DNA of 64,000 bases from Patescibacteria group bacterium (lineage in GTDB: Bacteria > Patescibacteriota > Dojkabacteria > J137), in the NCBI GenBank assembly GCA_016861265.1, contig BOLA01000001.1, positions 395,569 to 459,568 of the forward strand. Direction: 5' to 3'. The notes beneath the pieces were generated by a model. It had not been told where the DNA came from and did not search any database. It saw only the letters and a program-made list of their open reading frames with translations. Each line of letters opens with the position of its first letter. Positions within the stretch are counted from its first letter, which is position 1. Both the position numbers and the translations under genes were made by a program. Positions 1-9,253 of this stretch are shown here, piece by piece.

Positions 1-251
1 GCAATTTTTAAAGCGTCAGTAAAGTCTGTATGCTCAACTTCTTCAATGAATTTAATTACATCCCCTGCCTTACCGCATCCAAAACATTTAAAAATCTGCA
101 GTGATGGATTTACAGTAAAGGAAGGAGTTTTTTCGGAGTGAAATGGACAGCAGGCCTTATAGTTGGCTCCTGCTTTTTTTAAATCCGGCACATAAGAAGC
201 TATAACGTCTACTATATCAAGTTTTGATTTTATTTCCTCTATGTCTGCCAT
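1..251 (-). CDS. dnaG: DNA primase DnaG, N-terminal CHC2 zinc-finger region (partial, continues beyond window start)
   Basis: Minus-strand translation from the ATG at 251 reads MADIEEIKSKLDIVDVIASYVPDLKKAGANYKACCPFHSEKTPSFTVNPSLQIFKCFGCGKAGDVIKF. This is the classic primase zinc-binding motif (CPFHxEKTPSF...FxCFGCG). The ORF runs off the window edge. Confidence 0.8.
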   Translation of the reverse strand, partial: MADIEEIKSKLDIVDVIASYVPDLKKAGANYKACCPFHSEKTPSFTVNPSLQIFKCFGCGKAGDVIKFIEEVEHTDFTDALKI

Positions 252-448
252 ATTTTATACATTTGTATACTAGATTATACCCAATGTATACCTAATACCG
301 CGATTATTTTATATTAGCTTTAGCTAATAAACAATTAGACCAATTTCTGACAAAATATGACTTAAACCTGGCTTACTTTCCTATCTGTTTTTGCTTAAGT
401 CATATACCTAAGGTATACCATTATGTAGAATTATTTCTATCACCTATT

Positions 449-919
449 TTAAAGTAGATAGAACAACAGAAAGATTAAAAAAATTGGTATGGCAAATTTA
501 AGAAACTTTAACAGTGTAAAATCTTTTTCCAGAGCTCTGAAATTATTAAGCTTATCTTCGTCAAAATCCCAGTCCGGAGTATCTTTTAAAATATCAGGAG
601 CTGATTCCTTTAACTTAGTAATCATTTCTTCATAATCTTCATCGGATATTGTTTCCTGGTTAAGAGCGTTATTTAGTAATGTAAAGTTTTTGAAATATTC
701 AAAATGCTCAGTGGTTAATCGAGTTGCCTTGTCGCATACCGGACAAGATAAATAATATTTTGTACTGTAAGGCACCACAGGTATAAAGAAGAATTCAAAA
801 TAAGTTGTAACCTTAGATAAATGCCATTTTGATACATTCTTACAGTTATTGCACTCATGTGTGTAGACTGGGCCGTAATTAGTAAATTTTTTATGTCCCC
901 AACCGAAAAGTATTAACAT
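449..919 (-). CDS. zinc-ribbon (CxxC...CxxC) domain protein with C-terminal hydrophobic tail; function unknown
   Basis: 156-aa ORF with two Cys pairs (CNNC, CPVC) and a hydrophobic C-terminus. No recognisable catalytic motif. Confidence 0.45.
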   Translation of the reverse strand: MLILFGWGHKKFTNYGPVYTHECNNCKNVSKWHLSKVTTYFEFFFIPVVPYSTKYYLSCPVCDKATRLTTEHFEYFKNFTLLNNALNQETISDEDYEEMITKLKESAPDILKDTPDWDFDEDKLNNFRALEKDFTLLKFLKFAIPIFLIFLLFYLL

Positions 920-1054
920 ACAATCAAATAGGATAATTAATTACATGGATTTTAACACTAAGACCAATACAATTACATTACAAGCCTCGCGATATTCAAA
1001 TAAAGCTATTTGTGTATATAATGAGCATAAATCATAACTTTTTAAATAAAACTT

Positions 1055-1525
1055 ATGCAGGTATATATTGCAGCTGATCATGGTGGATTCGAGCTTAAGG
1101 ACAAAATTAAACACTTACTTTTAAGTATGGATATTACCCCAATAGACTGTGGCGCAGATAGTGTTGACCCCGAAGATGACTATCCTACATACGCATTAAA
1201 ATTATGCAATAAACTTACAGACGACAATATTGAAGGTGCAATAGGGATACTAATATGTAGATCCGGAGTAGGAATGTCTATTGTCGCTAATAAGGTTAAA
1301 GGTGTATACGCTGCACTATGTACAGCACAAGAACAGGCCATTAAAGCCCGAGAACATAATAATGCTAATGTTATATGTTTAGACGCAGATTATCAGGACG
1401 ATCAGTTGCATTTTGATGTAGTAAAAGCGTTTCTAACTACCGAATTTGCAGGCTGGGATTCAAGACACGGACGAAGACTTAAGCAGATCCTGGATTACGA
1501 AAATAACCATTTAAGCAGAGCTTAA
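1055..1525 (+). CDS. rpiB: ribose-5-phosphate isomerase B (RpiB/LacAB family)
   Basis: N-terminus MQVYIAADHGGFELK and the CRSGVGMSIVANK region match RpiB. The length of 156 aa is typical. Confidence 0.85.
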   Translation: MQVYIAADHGGFELKDKIKHLLLSMDITPIDCGADSVDPEDDYPTYALKLCNKLTDDNIEGAIGILICRSGVGMSIVANKVKGVYAALCTAQEQAIKAREHNNANVICLDADYQDDQLHFDVVKAFLTTEFAGWDSRHGRRLKQILDYENNHLSRA

Positions 1526-1533
1526 GAAAGAAA

Positions 1534-1556
1534 GAAGGGCGCCAAAGACGCCCTTT
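1534..1556. terminator. bidirectional intrinsic terminator between the convergent rpiB and 1568..2221 genes
   Basis: GC-rich hairpin aagggcg-ccaaaga-cgccctt flanked by A and T runs. Confidence 0.6.
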
Positions 1557-1567
1557 AAATAGCCTTA

Positions 1568-2221
1568 TTATTTAGCTGTAGAACTTATAGTTAAGATCAT
1601 ATCCTCACCTGCCTCTGTTGATCCTAATACAGAAATCAAAACCTCTCTTTGAGAGTTTTCGTACTCTAGTATGTTACCAAATATATTAACTTCGGATTTT
1701 AGTTCGTAACCTGCAGTTTCCATTTTAGTTTTATAAAATGCTACCACATCGTTTAAATTAGCCTTTAATGCAAATGTAACAGACGAAGTTTCTTTACCCT
1801 GATCGTTTACATCGGAAGCACTAAACGAAGCAGTTGCACCACTGTAAATAGGAATATCACTTGGAAAGTTTGATGGCAATGACGTTCCAACACTAAAACT
1901 TCCTGATCCGTCAGATGAATTAAAAGTATAAGTATCATCTTCTGTATTTGAGTCACTTGAAGTATTGTACATAGAGTTTAGTACAGTATTTGTAAATGAA
2001 CTGTTTAGTGTATCAGAAGCTCTATTCAATACTTGTGTAAAAACTACCCACGCAGCTCCAGCGCAAACAACACATAAACAAAGTAATATAACTAAGATAA
2101 TAATAATCTTTGGTAATGCTGAGCCTGATTTTTTTTCCTCAACTTTTGTAGTTGTGGTAGCTGTAGTTTCCGGCTTAACATCAGCAGTAATCGTATCTGA
2201 GTTTTTTACTTCTTCGGACAT
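1568..2221 (-). CDS. membrane-anchored Ser/Thr-rich hypothetical protein
   Basis: 217-aa ORF with an N-terminal TM helix (IIIILVILLCLCVVCAGAAWVVF) and a low-complexity S/T-rich region. No known motif. Confidence 0.45.
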   Translation of the reverse strand: MSEEVKNSDTITADVKPETTATTTTKVEEKKSGSALPKIIIILVILLCLCVVCAGAAWVVFTQVLNRASDTLNSSFTNTVLNSMYNTSSDSNTEDDTYTFNSSDGSGSFSVGTSLPSNFPSDIPIYSGATASFSASDVNDQGKETSSVTFALKANLNDVVAFYKTKMETAGYELKSEVNIFGNILEYENSQREVLISVLGSTEAGEDMILTISSTAK

Positions 2222-2282
2222 AGATTTATTTTAAAAATTAATTGTGATTAAAATATAGCAGTATAGCAGGGGCATTACAAGG

Positions 2283-2963
2283 TTACAGATCACTCAGATT
2301 AAAATTAGTCCAGGGGTCAGAATTAGGAGGCGTAGTTCTGAATGTAACCAATTCCTTAGAGACCGGATGAAAGAAGCTTAGCTTATATGCCCATAGAGCT
2401 ATTGGTGTTTTACTGTCTCTAATGCCATCTATATACAAACTATCTCCCACTATTGCATGCCCTATCTTTGAAAGCTGCACCCTTATCTGGTGAGCTCTTC
2501 CCGTCTTTAGTGCAACTTCAACTAACGAGTAACCATTTTTTACATCCATTACCTTAAAGCTTAACTCAGCATATTTTGAATTATTTACCTCATCATCGAA
2601 TGCAATACTCCTTCTCTGTTCCTCAGATTTTACGAGGTAATGTTTTAGTGTTTGTTCTTTTTCTTTTATCGCACCTTTAACAACAGCTAGATAAGTCTTC
2701 TGAAATTTGTGACTTTGTATTTGCTTGGATAATCTTGCTGCTGCCTTTGAAGTTTTGGCAAAGACCATTACCCCTCCAACATTCTTATCGAGTCTATGTA
2801 CTAATCCGACAAAAACATTGCCTGGTTTATCGTATTTTTGCTTAATATATTTCTTTAATTCGGTTAATATGTCGGGATCACCCGTTATATCAGACTGTGA
2901 AAGCAATCCAAAAGGTTTTTCAGCAACAATAATGTGGTTATCTTCGAAGAGTATTCTAATCAT
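2283..2963 (-). CDS. RluA-family pseudouridine synthase
   Basis: Catalytic HRLDKNVGG motif (the HRLD aspartate motif) and the RluA-family size. Confidence 0.8.
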   Translation of the reverse strand: MIRILFEDNHIIVAEKPFGLLSQSDITGDPDILTELKKYIKQKYDKPGNVFVGLVHRLDKNVGGVMVFAKTSKAAARLSKQIQSHKFQKTYLAVVKGAIKEKEQTLKHYLVKSEEQRRSIAFDDEVNNSKYAELSFKVMDVKNGYSLVEVALKTGRAHQIRVQLSKIGHAIVGDSLYIDGIRDSKTPIALWAYKLSFFHPVSKELVTFRTTPPNSDPWTNFNLSDL

Positions 2964-3831
2964 TTATCTGTGCTAATCCGTAAAGCCCTGCGGGAAGAAT
3001 AAAACCTCTATTTGAGTCCTTTAGACCGACTTCCCCTGATTGAATCAAGAATTTGCTGCCAAGATTATCTTTTAGAATATTTTCTAGTGCAACCGATGAA
3101 AAGGTAGTCGCGTAGGCATTTACTAAGAAGAATAATGGATCCTCTATAATGCGGCTGCACGAGGCAACTAAATCGCTTAAATTATTCTCAATCTCCCAGA
3201 GTTGGCCTGTTGGGCCTCTTCCGTATGCAGGGGGGTCCATTATAATTCCAGAATACTTATTGCCCCTTCTTTCTTCCCTTTCTACGAATTTTAGTACGTC
3301 CTCAACTATAAATCTTGTACCAATACCGTCAAGCCCTGAATCTATTATATTTTGTCGAGCAATGGTAGTCATTCCCTTTGATGCATCAATGTGGGTAACA
3401 ATTGCCCCTGCTGCTGTACAGGCAGCGGTTGCTCCTCCTGTATACGCAAACAGGTTTAAAATTTTTATATCTTTAGAACCGTTTATACTTTTTCTTTTTG
3501 AAATTAATTCTGTTAGTTTTTCCCAATTAACTGCCTGCTCGGGAAATAGACCGGTATGCTTAAACTGGGTTGGTCTAATATTGAATGTTAGCTGCTTGTA
3601 GTTAATTTGCCAGTCTTGTGGAACACTTGTTAACTCCTCCCAATGTCCGCCCCCTGAGTTACTTCTGTGATAAATCATGTCAGGATTTTCCCATTGTTTT
3701 ATAGAGTTATCTCTATTCCAAATTGCCTGGGGATCCGGTCTTCGTAGAATATATTGCCCCCATCGCTCCAATTTCTCACCATTTCCTGAATCTAGTAGTT
3801 CATAGTCCTGCCATTCTTTTGGAAATTCCAT
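2956..3831 (-). CDS. class I SAM-dependent RNA methyltransferase, RlmI/RlmK-like (rRNA m5C)
   Basis: Motif I NLFAYTGGATAACTAAGA and motif IV IIMDPPAYGRG (DPPxY). It overlaps the upstream rluA-like gene by 8 nt, consistent with an operon. Confidence 0.7.
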   Translation of the reverse strand: MEFPKEWQDYELLDSGNGEKLERWGQYILRRPDPQAIWNRDNSIKQWENPDMIYHRSNSGGGHWEELTSVPQDWQINYKQLTFNIRPTQFKHTGLFPEQAVNWEKLTELISKRKSINGSKDIKILNLFAYTGGATAACTAAGAIVTHIDASKGMTTIARQNIIDSGLDGIGTRFIVEDVLKFVEREERRGNKYSGIIMDPPAYGRGPTGQLWEIENNLSDLVASCSRIIEDPLFFLVNAYATTFSSVALENILKDNLGSKFLIQSGEVGLKDSNRGFILPAGLYGLAQIND

Positions 3832-3933
3832 TTTTATAATCTTAAATTTATATTGTAATTTTAGCAGAAACTTTGAATTGACTTAAATATACGGGTGTGA
3901 CAAACTTTAAGAACCACTTTTAAGCGAAAAAAT

Positions 3934-4656
3934 ATGCTAAAAATTAATAAGACAAAACTTTTAGGCTTCTATAAACTTACACGAGTACGAACAATAATGG
4001 ATTTCTATCCTTTTCTTGTGATATTTGGAATTTTAAGTACAAGAACATATATAAATCTACTTAGTATTGTAGTATCTGTAAGTATTTTACTCCTACTTAT
4101 TGGCTCTTTTATTATAAACGATATTGAAGACTCAGAAGATGATGCGAAGGATCCAAAAAAAGTAAATAGAAATCCAATCTCTGCGGGAATAATATCAAAA
4201 AAGGAAGGATATCTTTTTTATATTGCTACAAATGTAGTGGCTCTACTTCCTCTACTATTTATTAATAATCAGATATTCCTAGTAGGAACCCTGGCAGCTA
4301 TTATTGGCTATGTCTACTCATGCTTACCATTAAGGCTTAAATCAAGACCTATTGTAGATATACTTTCCCACGGGTTCTTTCTTGCAGGAGTACAAGTGAT
4401 TATGTATGCCTTATTACCTGACAATTTGACTGATAGCAGAACACTAATTGTATTTGTAGGTTTATACCTATTTTCCATGGGTGGGGATTTATACAACGAA
4501 GTCAGGGACTGGAAGGTAGACAGGGAGGTTGGTTTAAAGAATTCTGCCTCATTTCTAGGTTTTAATCTAGCACGCTACGTGAGCTACCTCTTTTATATTG
4601 TCGGAGTTCTGCTAATTACAATAGCTTCAATACTAATAGTCTTTAAGATTAATTAA
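3934..4656 (+). CDS. UbiA-family prenyltransferase (polytopic membrane)
   Basis: NDIEDSEDDAKDPKKVNRNPISAG matches the UbiA first Asp-rich motif (NDxxDxxxD...R.PL.SG). A second D-rich motif lies near GGDLYNEVRD. Multiple TM helices. Confidence 0.65.
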   Translation: MLKINKTKLLGFYKLTRVRTIMDFYPFLVIFGILSTRTYINLLSIVVSVSILLLLIGSFIINDIEDSEDDAKDPKKVNRNPISAGIISKKEGYLFYIATNVVALLPLLFINNQIFLVGTLAAIIGYVYSCLPLRLKSRPIVDILSHGFFLAGVQVIMYALLPDNLTDSRTLIVFVGLYLFSMGGDLYNEVRDWKVDREVGLKNSASFLGFNLARYVSYLFYIVGVLLITIASILIVFKIN

Positions 4657-4660
4657 TAAA

Positions 4661-4682
4661 AAACCCGCCTAACGGCGGGTTA
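4661..4682. terminator. bidirectional intrinsic terminator (UbiA-like / greA convergent pair)
   Basis: Perfect hairpin aacccgcc-taac-ggcgggtt preceded by an A run and followed by a T run. Confidence 0.65.
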
Positions 4683-4700
4683 AAATTTATCGAATCAATC

Positions 4701-5177
4701 TTACGCAGCCTTTACAAATTTATTAATCTTGTACTGATTTACTTTTCCACTTGGTAATTTTACTTCCACAATATCCCCTATTTTTGCGTTTAGAACGGCT
4801 TTACCAATAGGTGAGTCTGTAGATAATTTTCCTTCTGTAGGGTTTGCAGATTTGCTTTCCTCAGATCCTACCAAAATAATATTTCTCTTTTGACTGTTTT
4901 CAACATTCTCGATTTCGATTGTTTCACCAACATTTACAATGTTATCGGTGTTTGTTGCTTGGTCATCTACTATATAAACCAATGCAATAATGCTCTCTAA
5001 CTCATTAATTCTGTTTTCATTCATTTCTTTCTTTTCCATAGCTACTGTGTAGGCATGGTTTTCTGAAAGATCTCCCAATTCTCTAGCCGCAGAAATCTCT
5101 TCTGCTATTTCAGGCCTAAGTTCCTCAATTCTGTGACTTAACTCTTTTTTTAGCTCATCATATGAGCTTTGAGTCAT
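4701..5177 (-). CDS. greA: transcription elongation factor GreA
   Basis: MTQSSYDELKKELSHRIEELRPEI...GDLSENHAY aligns with the GreA N-terminal coiled coil. The C-terminal FKBP-like domain is present. The ORF track extends to 5225 (MARTKKTT...). The internal Met at 5177 fits the GreA alignment better. Confidence 0.8.
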   Translation of the reverse strand: MTQSSYDELKKELSHRIEELRPEIAEEISAARELGDLSENHAYTVAMEKKEMNENRINELESIIALVYIVDDQATNTDNIVNVGETIEIENVENSQKRNIILVGSEESKSANPTEGKLSTDSPIGKAVLNAKIGDIVEVKLPSGKVNQYKINKFVKAA

Positions 5178-5323
5178 AGTTATTTGATTTTCGTTCTGTT
5201 TTGTTGTTTTTTTTGTTCTTGCCATAATTATTTACCTTTTTTTAATAAATTAGGTTCATACCAACCTTTTCTAGGGTATTTATTTTAACAGACTAATAAT
5301 AACATATGCAAGTCCTAAAAATG

Positions 5324-8300
5324 TTATTTTTTTAGGACAATCTTAACATAAGTGTCATTTTTAGGCTGACTGGTAAATGCGAAGGAATTACCATTTTGTC
5401 CGACCTGAGGGACAAACTCCTCTATTCTCAGAGTTGGGTCAGCTGTTACTTTCATGTCAAGAGTGTTTGAACCACCCCTGATCTTTAATATACCATAAGT
5501 AACCTCTCTTAAGGAGTCACTTGTTATTTTTCCAACTGGTGCGGTCTTCCATTTAAGGCTCACATTCGATTCCGATATTACCATAATATTGGTACATTTT
5601 TCTTCGTTATACGTAGCTTTAACGTACCTTTCTATAGGAATATTATCCACCACAATTGAAGAATCGGAGATGCTTGCCGGTAAGCACAAGGAGATCTCAG
5701 CAGTTGATGCCAGATTAGGAAATCTAAAGCTTAGTTTATTATCTAAACTCAAATCTGAATTAACCTGACTTTCTATGGCAGTGGTAAAGCTAGGCATTTT
5801 GTCTGAACCCAGATATTTTGGATCGTTAATGCTGAAAGCCAAGTCTACAGGCAACGAATTGTTAAGTACTGCAGACTGATTAAAGTCATTACTTACAATA
5901 TAATCTTGGTACTCTAAACCGGAAGTCGAGGTAAGTAAGTCTCTGTTTAACGCACTATTTGTAAGGTTTGCAACTAAGCCAGCTGAATTCATCTTAAGTA
6001 CATCTATTATATTATTCAAAACAAAGCCCGCAAGCTGAGCAAAAATTGCGTTTCTACTCCTTGAGTTCTGATTATCACTTTGTGCTAACTGAATTTGCCT
6101 TAACACATCGTCCTTCCCGAAGGTCACAGAATTAATCTCAACAGTTCTTCCAGTATTATCATTTACAAAATGAACAAGGGAATTCAAAGAATCTGCATTT
6201 ATTGTAACTACCCCTGATATTTCTCTGGAAAAGCTTTCCTTGAAGACTTTGGAAATAATAGTATTAAAGTCATCAATATTTTTAATACTCGCTAAATCGT
6301 TAATTGTAATATTAGCCTTTGTTTTTATGCCGAATTTCCTTAAATTTATTAATTGCAGGTCAGATTCCGATAAAGTATTAAACTTAAAGTTAGTATCGTC
6401 TGTGGATTGAACTACGGTTTCAACAATACTACCCTTGTTCATGGTAACCATTGCATAAGCGCTAATATATCCACCTAGAGGTGATGGAATGGTATTATCG
6501 AGAATAACAAATAAATAGGTCTTTGGTGAATCAATTCCAAATAAGGAGTTAAAATATTTAACAGTATCCATGTTTTCAGTTGTTAATGCCACTGAGTTAA
6601 TTTTTGTATTTAGTGGATTAAGATTCTGAACAAGAAAGTCCGGAATTAAACTGTAGTTTAGGGAATTAATTATTCCTGAACTTTTTTGAATTTTAGCTAT
6701 TCCATCTTGAACATAAGGAAACGAATTATTTAATTGAGCGAATATATCGGAGTAATCTAAGCCTGAACTAGACAAAGATACGTAACTATCAGTGGCAGCC
6801 CTTGCAACTGTATTATTTTGCAGATTTTTCAAATACGTATTAAAAGGCTCTAATCCTTTACTAAGATTCTTAGCTCCATCAATAAAAATTGAATATGCCT
6901 CGAGATTCTTTTGGACTTCGTTATACTGATTATCTAATGCTAGTAAACTTGCAAGACCTTGAAATTTGGTAAATATATTTCTTGTATCTTCAAAATGGAA
7001 ACTTACAGTATCTAAGTTTGATTTTATCTCGGAAAAATTCCCCTTGCTTACACTCTTCTCTATCTGGGAAACTTCTGGATATAGAATCAAAAGATTTCTA
7101 CCCAAAGCAATTACTGGTGAAAAGTAATTAATATAAAAGATTACTAAAACAACAATTACGCCAAGCATCAAAACTATTTGAGATGGCGATTTATTTTTAA
7201 ATATATTAAAGCTTTCGCCCAGTCCTCTAAAGAAACTCCACAGTCCATCCTCTAGCTTTTCTCTAAAAGTTTTCTTAGGTCTTCTTCTTTTTTGAGACGC
7301 CTGAGCTGCATTTGTAATACTCTGTTTCTTAAGTTCCTCCTGACGTTTTCTTTCTGCTATTAATCTGCTGACTGCACCTGCTTCTGAAGACATTGTTGTG
7401 TCTGTTTCTGCTAATGCTAGAAATCCTTTAATCTTATCTACTAGATTATTATTATTTTTAGTTAATGATTTGTTTTCTAATATGAATATCTTTGCTGCTG
7501 CCAATGACTGCTTTACTGCTTTATCAAAATTAACTTTTGGATTCCACCCAATGGACGATAAGTTTGGGGCAGGTTTATATAACTTAAGCGGCGGAAGATT
7601 ATCTGTTTCATCAAGAAAAATTATTTCTCTTGCATCTGAATCGTATTCCTGAATCTTATATGCAACAGAAAGATTAGTAAAAGGGGTTTCGTAAGTTAAC
7701 GAATAGATTTCTCCAGTTGTTACTCTAGAGAATTGTGCTTTTATAATACCGTAGGCTGCATCTAATATATTCACATACCACTCGGTGTCCAAGCCGTCTT
7801 TTCTTAACCTAATTTGATTATTAGTTACAGCATCTAAAAGGATTTGAGTAAATGCAGTACTATTATTAAAGTCTATACCATCTCCAATAAGCTCACCTAG
7901 TCTGATTATTCTTATATCCAACTTTTCACGTTCAAAATATTCAATTGCTAAACTTTCAGCATATTTTTGTAACTCCATTTCTGTGTAAATTGTATGTCTT
8001 GAAGAGCTTATCCCATAACCATATTCAAGATTTAAATCTTGTTTTGAAAGTATCAATTGATGAGCTTTTATTGAAGTAGTCAATAAAAATTTAGCATTGA
8101 ATTTCTTTGCTAAGTTCAGCGATGCGTCTAAGTAATTTGATAAATTCAAGAATTCACTTGTTGAGATCTTCTTATTTAGGTCTTCGGAATCGTGTTGAAA
8201 GTAGAATACGTAGTCGAGTCTTCTAATATCTTCATCGAGATGTGGAATTGCTGTGTAATCCAAGAAACTGATTAAAGCGTTATTTGAAAATACGCTTAGC

Positions 8301-8461
8301 TTTGCATCGGCATCGGGTGTATACGCATCCACAATAATTACATAACCTCCTTGCTCAATTAAGGAATCTGCTATTTCTAAACCAAGCTTATTTAGTCCTC
8401 CAATAATTACTGAAGTAGGATATTTAATTGTATTTTTTAATCTGTATTTTTCCGGAATCAT
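5324..8461 (-). CDS. large multidomain envelope protein: N-terminal NAD(P)-binding epimerase/dehydratase-like Rossmann domain, basic linker, single TM helix, ~600-aa extracytoplasmic domain
   Basis: The N-terminus has an IIGGLNKLGLEIADSL glycine-rich dinucleotide-binding motif and SDR-like spacing over about 330 aa. A KRRRPKK basic stretch follows. A TM helix (IVLMLGVIVVLVIFYINYF) comes next, then a long Asn/Ser-rich domain without known motifs. Confidence 0.55.
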   Translation of the reverse strand: MIPEKYRLKNTIKYPTSVIIGGLNKLGLEIADSLIEQGGYVIIVDAYTPDADAKLSVFSNNALISFLDYTAIPHLDEDIRRLDYVFYFQHDSEDLNKKISTSEFLNLSNYLDASLNLAKKFNAKFLLTTSIKAHQLILSKQDLNLEYGYGISSSRHTIYTEMELQKYAESLAIEYFEREKLDIRIIRLGELIGDGIDFNNSTAFTQILLDAVTNNQIRLRKDGLDTEWYVNILDAAYGIIKAQFSRVTTGEIYSLTYETPFTNLSVAYKIQEYDSDAREIIFLDETDNLPPLKLYKPAPNLSSIGWNPKVNFDKAVKQSLAAAKIFILENKSLTKNNNNLVDKIKGFLALAETDTTMSSEAGAVSRLIAERKRQEELKKQSITNAAQASQKRRRPKKTFREKLEDGLWSFFRGLGESFNIFKNKSPSQIVLMLGVIVVLVIFYINYFSPVIALGRNLLILYPEVSQIEKSVSKGNFSEIKSNLDTVSFHFEDTRNIFTKFQGLASLLALDNQYNEVQKNLEAYSIFIDGAKNLSKGLEPFNTYLKNLQNNTVARAATDSYVSLSSSGLDYSDIFAQLNNSFPYVQDGIAKIQKSSGIINSLNYSLIPDFLVQNLNPLNTKINSVALTTENMDTVKYFNSLFGIDSPKTYLFVILDNTIPSPLGGYISAYAMVTMNKGSIVETVVQSTDDTNFKFNTLSESDLQLINLRKFGIKTKANITINDLASIKNIDDFNTIISKVFKESFSREISGVVTINADSLNSLVHFVNDNTGRTVEINSVTFGKDDVLRQIQLAQSDNQNSRSRNAIFAQLAGFVLNNIIDVLKMNSAGLVANLTNSALNRDLLTSTSGLEYQDYIVSNDFNQSAVLNNSLPVDLAFSINDPKYLGSDKMPSFTTAIESQVNSDLSLDNKLSFRFPNLASTAEISLCLPASISDSSIVVDNIPIERYVKATYNEEKCTNIMVISESNVSLKWKTAPVGKITSDSLREVTYGILKIRGGSNTLDMKVTADPTLRIEEFVPQVGQNGNSFAFTSQPKNDTYVKIVLKK

Positions 8462-8479
8462 TATTAATCTAAATTACTC

Positions 8480-9166
8480 TTAAATGTTATTCACTTCAAC
8501 AGGTTGCAACATTAATTGTATGTCAACGTTAAAATCAGAATTCTTTAACTTATCACGATCACTCTGCATTTCGGGTAACAAGGTAAATACTAACGACTCG
8601 TAACCGGATTTGCCAATTTTAATTTCATGCTGCCTGGAAAAATCTACAGACATTACCTTTGTATTGCTTTCAACTTTTTCTACAGGAAGGCCATCGAAAG
8701 TTAAATTAAAATCCTTTGTATTTACAGTAATATTTAATTTAGAATCCGAATTAGAATTTTCTTTTTTGGTTGTGTAAATTATGTGGCCTTCGGAAAAAAC
8801 TTCGTCAGGACCAATGTTATACCCTATTACAACGGCTGAGTTTTCTTCAAATGTAATTAATTTATTGAATGTAGAATACGAATCTGCAAATTCCCCTGTC
8901 CTTTTTAAGGTCACTAGATGATCACCCGGAGTAACTCTATCCAGTATAAATGGAGAGATATCGGGAGTTACTTTTGCTACTGAATTATTATCTATAAACA
9001 CTTCTATTTCACCTGCCAAAGAACTAACCTGTAAGCCGGAAATTGAATCCGGTTTTCTTACACCAAAAAGATTAGCCAAATCAATGTTCCACCTTAACCA
9101 AGGCGACCAAATTGCCAGAAGTACTAGAACTACTATAGTTAATGTTGCAAATAAGATTTTTTTCAT
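8480..9166 (-). CDS. membrane-anchored hypothetical protein (PEGA-like beta-sandwich region)
   Basis: N-terminal TM helix. The VTPGDHLVTLKRTGE segment resembles PEGA-type motifs. It lies 18 nt downstream of the large protein, so they are probably co-transcribed. Confidence 0.4.
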   Translation of the reverse strand: MKKILFATLTIVVLVLLAIWSPWLRWNIDLANLFGVRKPDSISGLQVSSLAGEIEVFIDNNSVAKVTPDISPFILDRVTPGDHLVTLKRTGEFADSYSTFNKLITFEENSAVVIGYNIGPDEVFSEGHIIYTTKKENSNSDSKLNITVNTKDFNLTFDGLPVEKVESNTKVMSVDFSRQHEIKIGKSGYESLVFTLLPEMQSDRDKLKNSDFNVDIQLMLQPVEVNNI

Positions 9167-9253
9167 AATTATGTGATTATCCCAACATAATTATTCTACA
9201 AGAAATGCAAATAAGATTAAAGCACGTAATTTATTGCTGAAAAGAAAATTCGC

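Noticed and set aside
4701-5225. GreA N-terminal extension MARTKKTTKQNENQIT (start at 5225)
   Set aside because: GreA alignment begins at the internal Met (MTQSSYDELKKEL, 5177). A 16-aa basic extension is not typical. I reported the shorter CDS, although the longer start cannot be excluded without homologues.
1965-7652. Short antisense ORFs inside larger genes (1965..2234, 2725..2976, 3149..3601, 4314..4496, 7398..7652; and later 12878..13063, 14249..14533, 20900..21091, 22406..22813, 28098..28373, 30012..30323, 34997..35224, 35839..36205, 40117..40368, 40709..40969, 42852..43190, 43423..43635, 44832..45026, 50875..51072, 51557..51775, 53582..53869, 58009..58194, 58805..59035, 62223..62414, 62960..63142)
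   Set aside because: They are shadow ORFs wholly embedded in well-supported genes on the opposite strand or in another frame. They have no start context and no independent signals.
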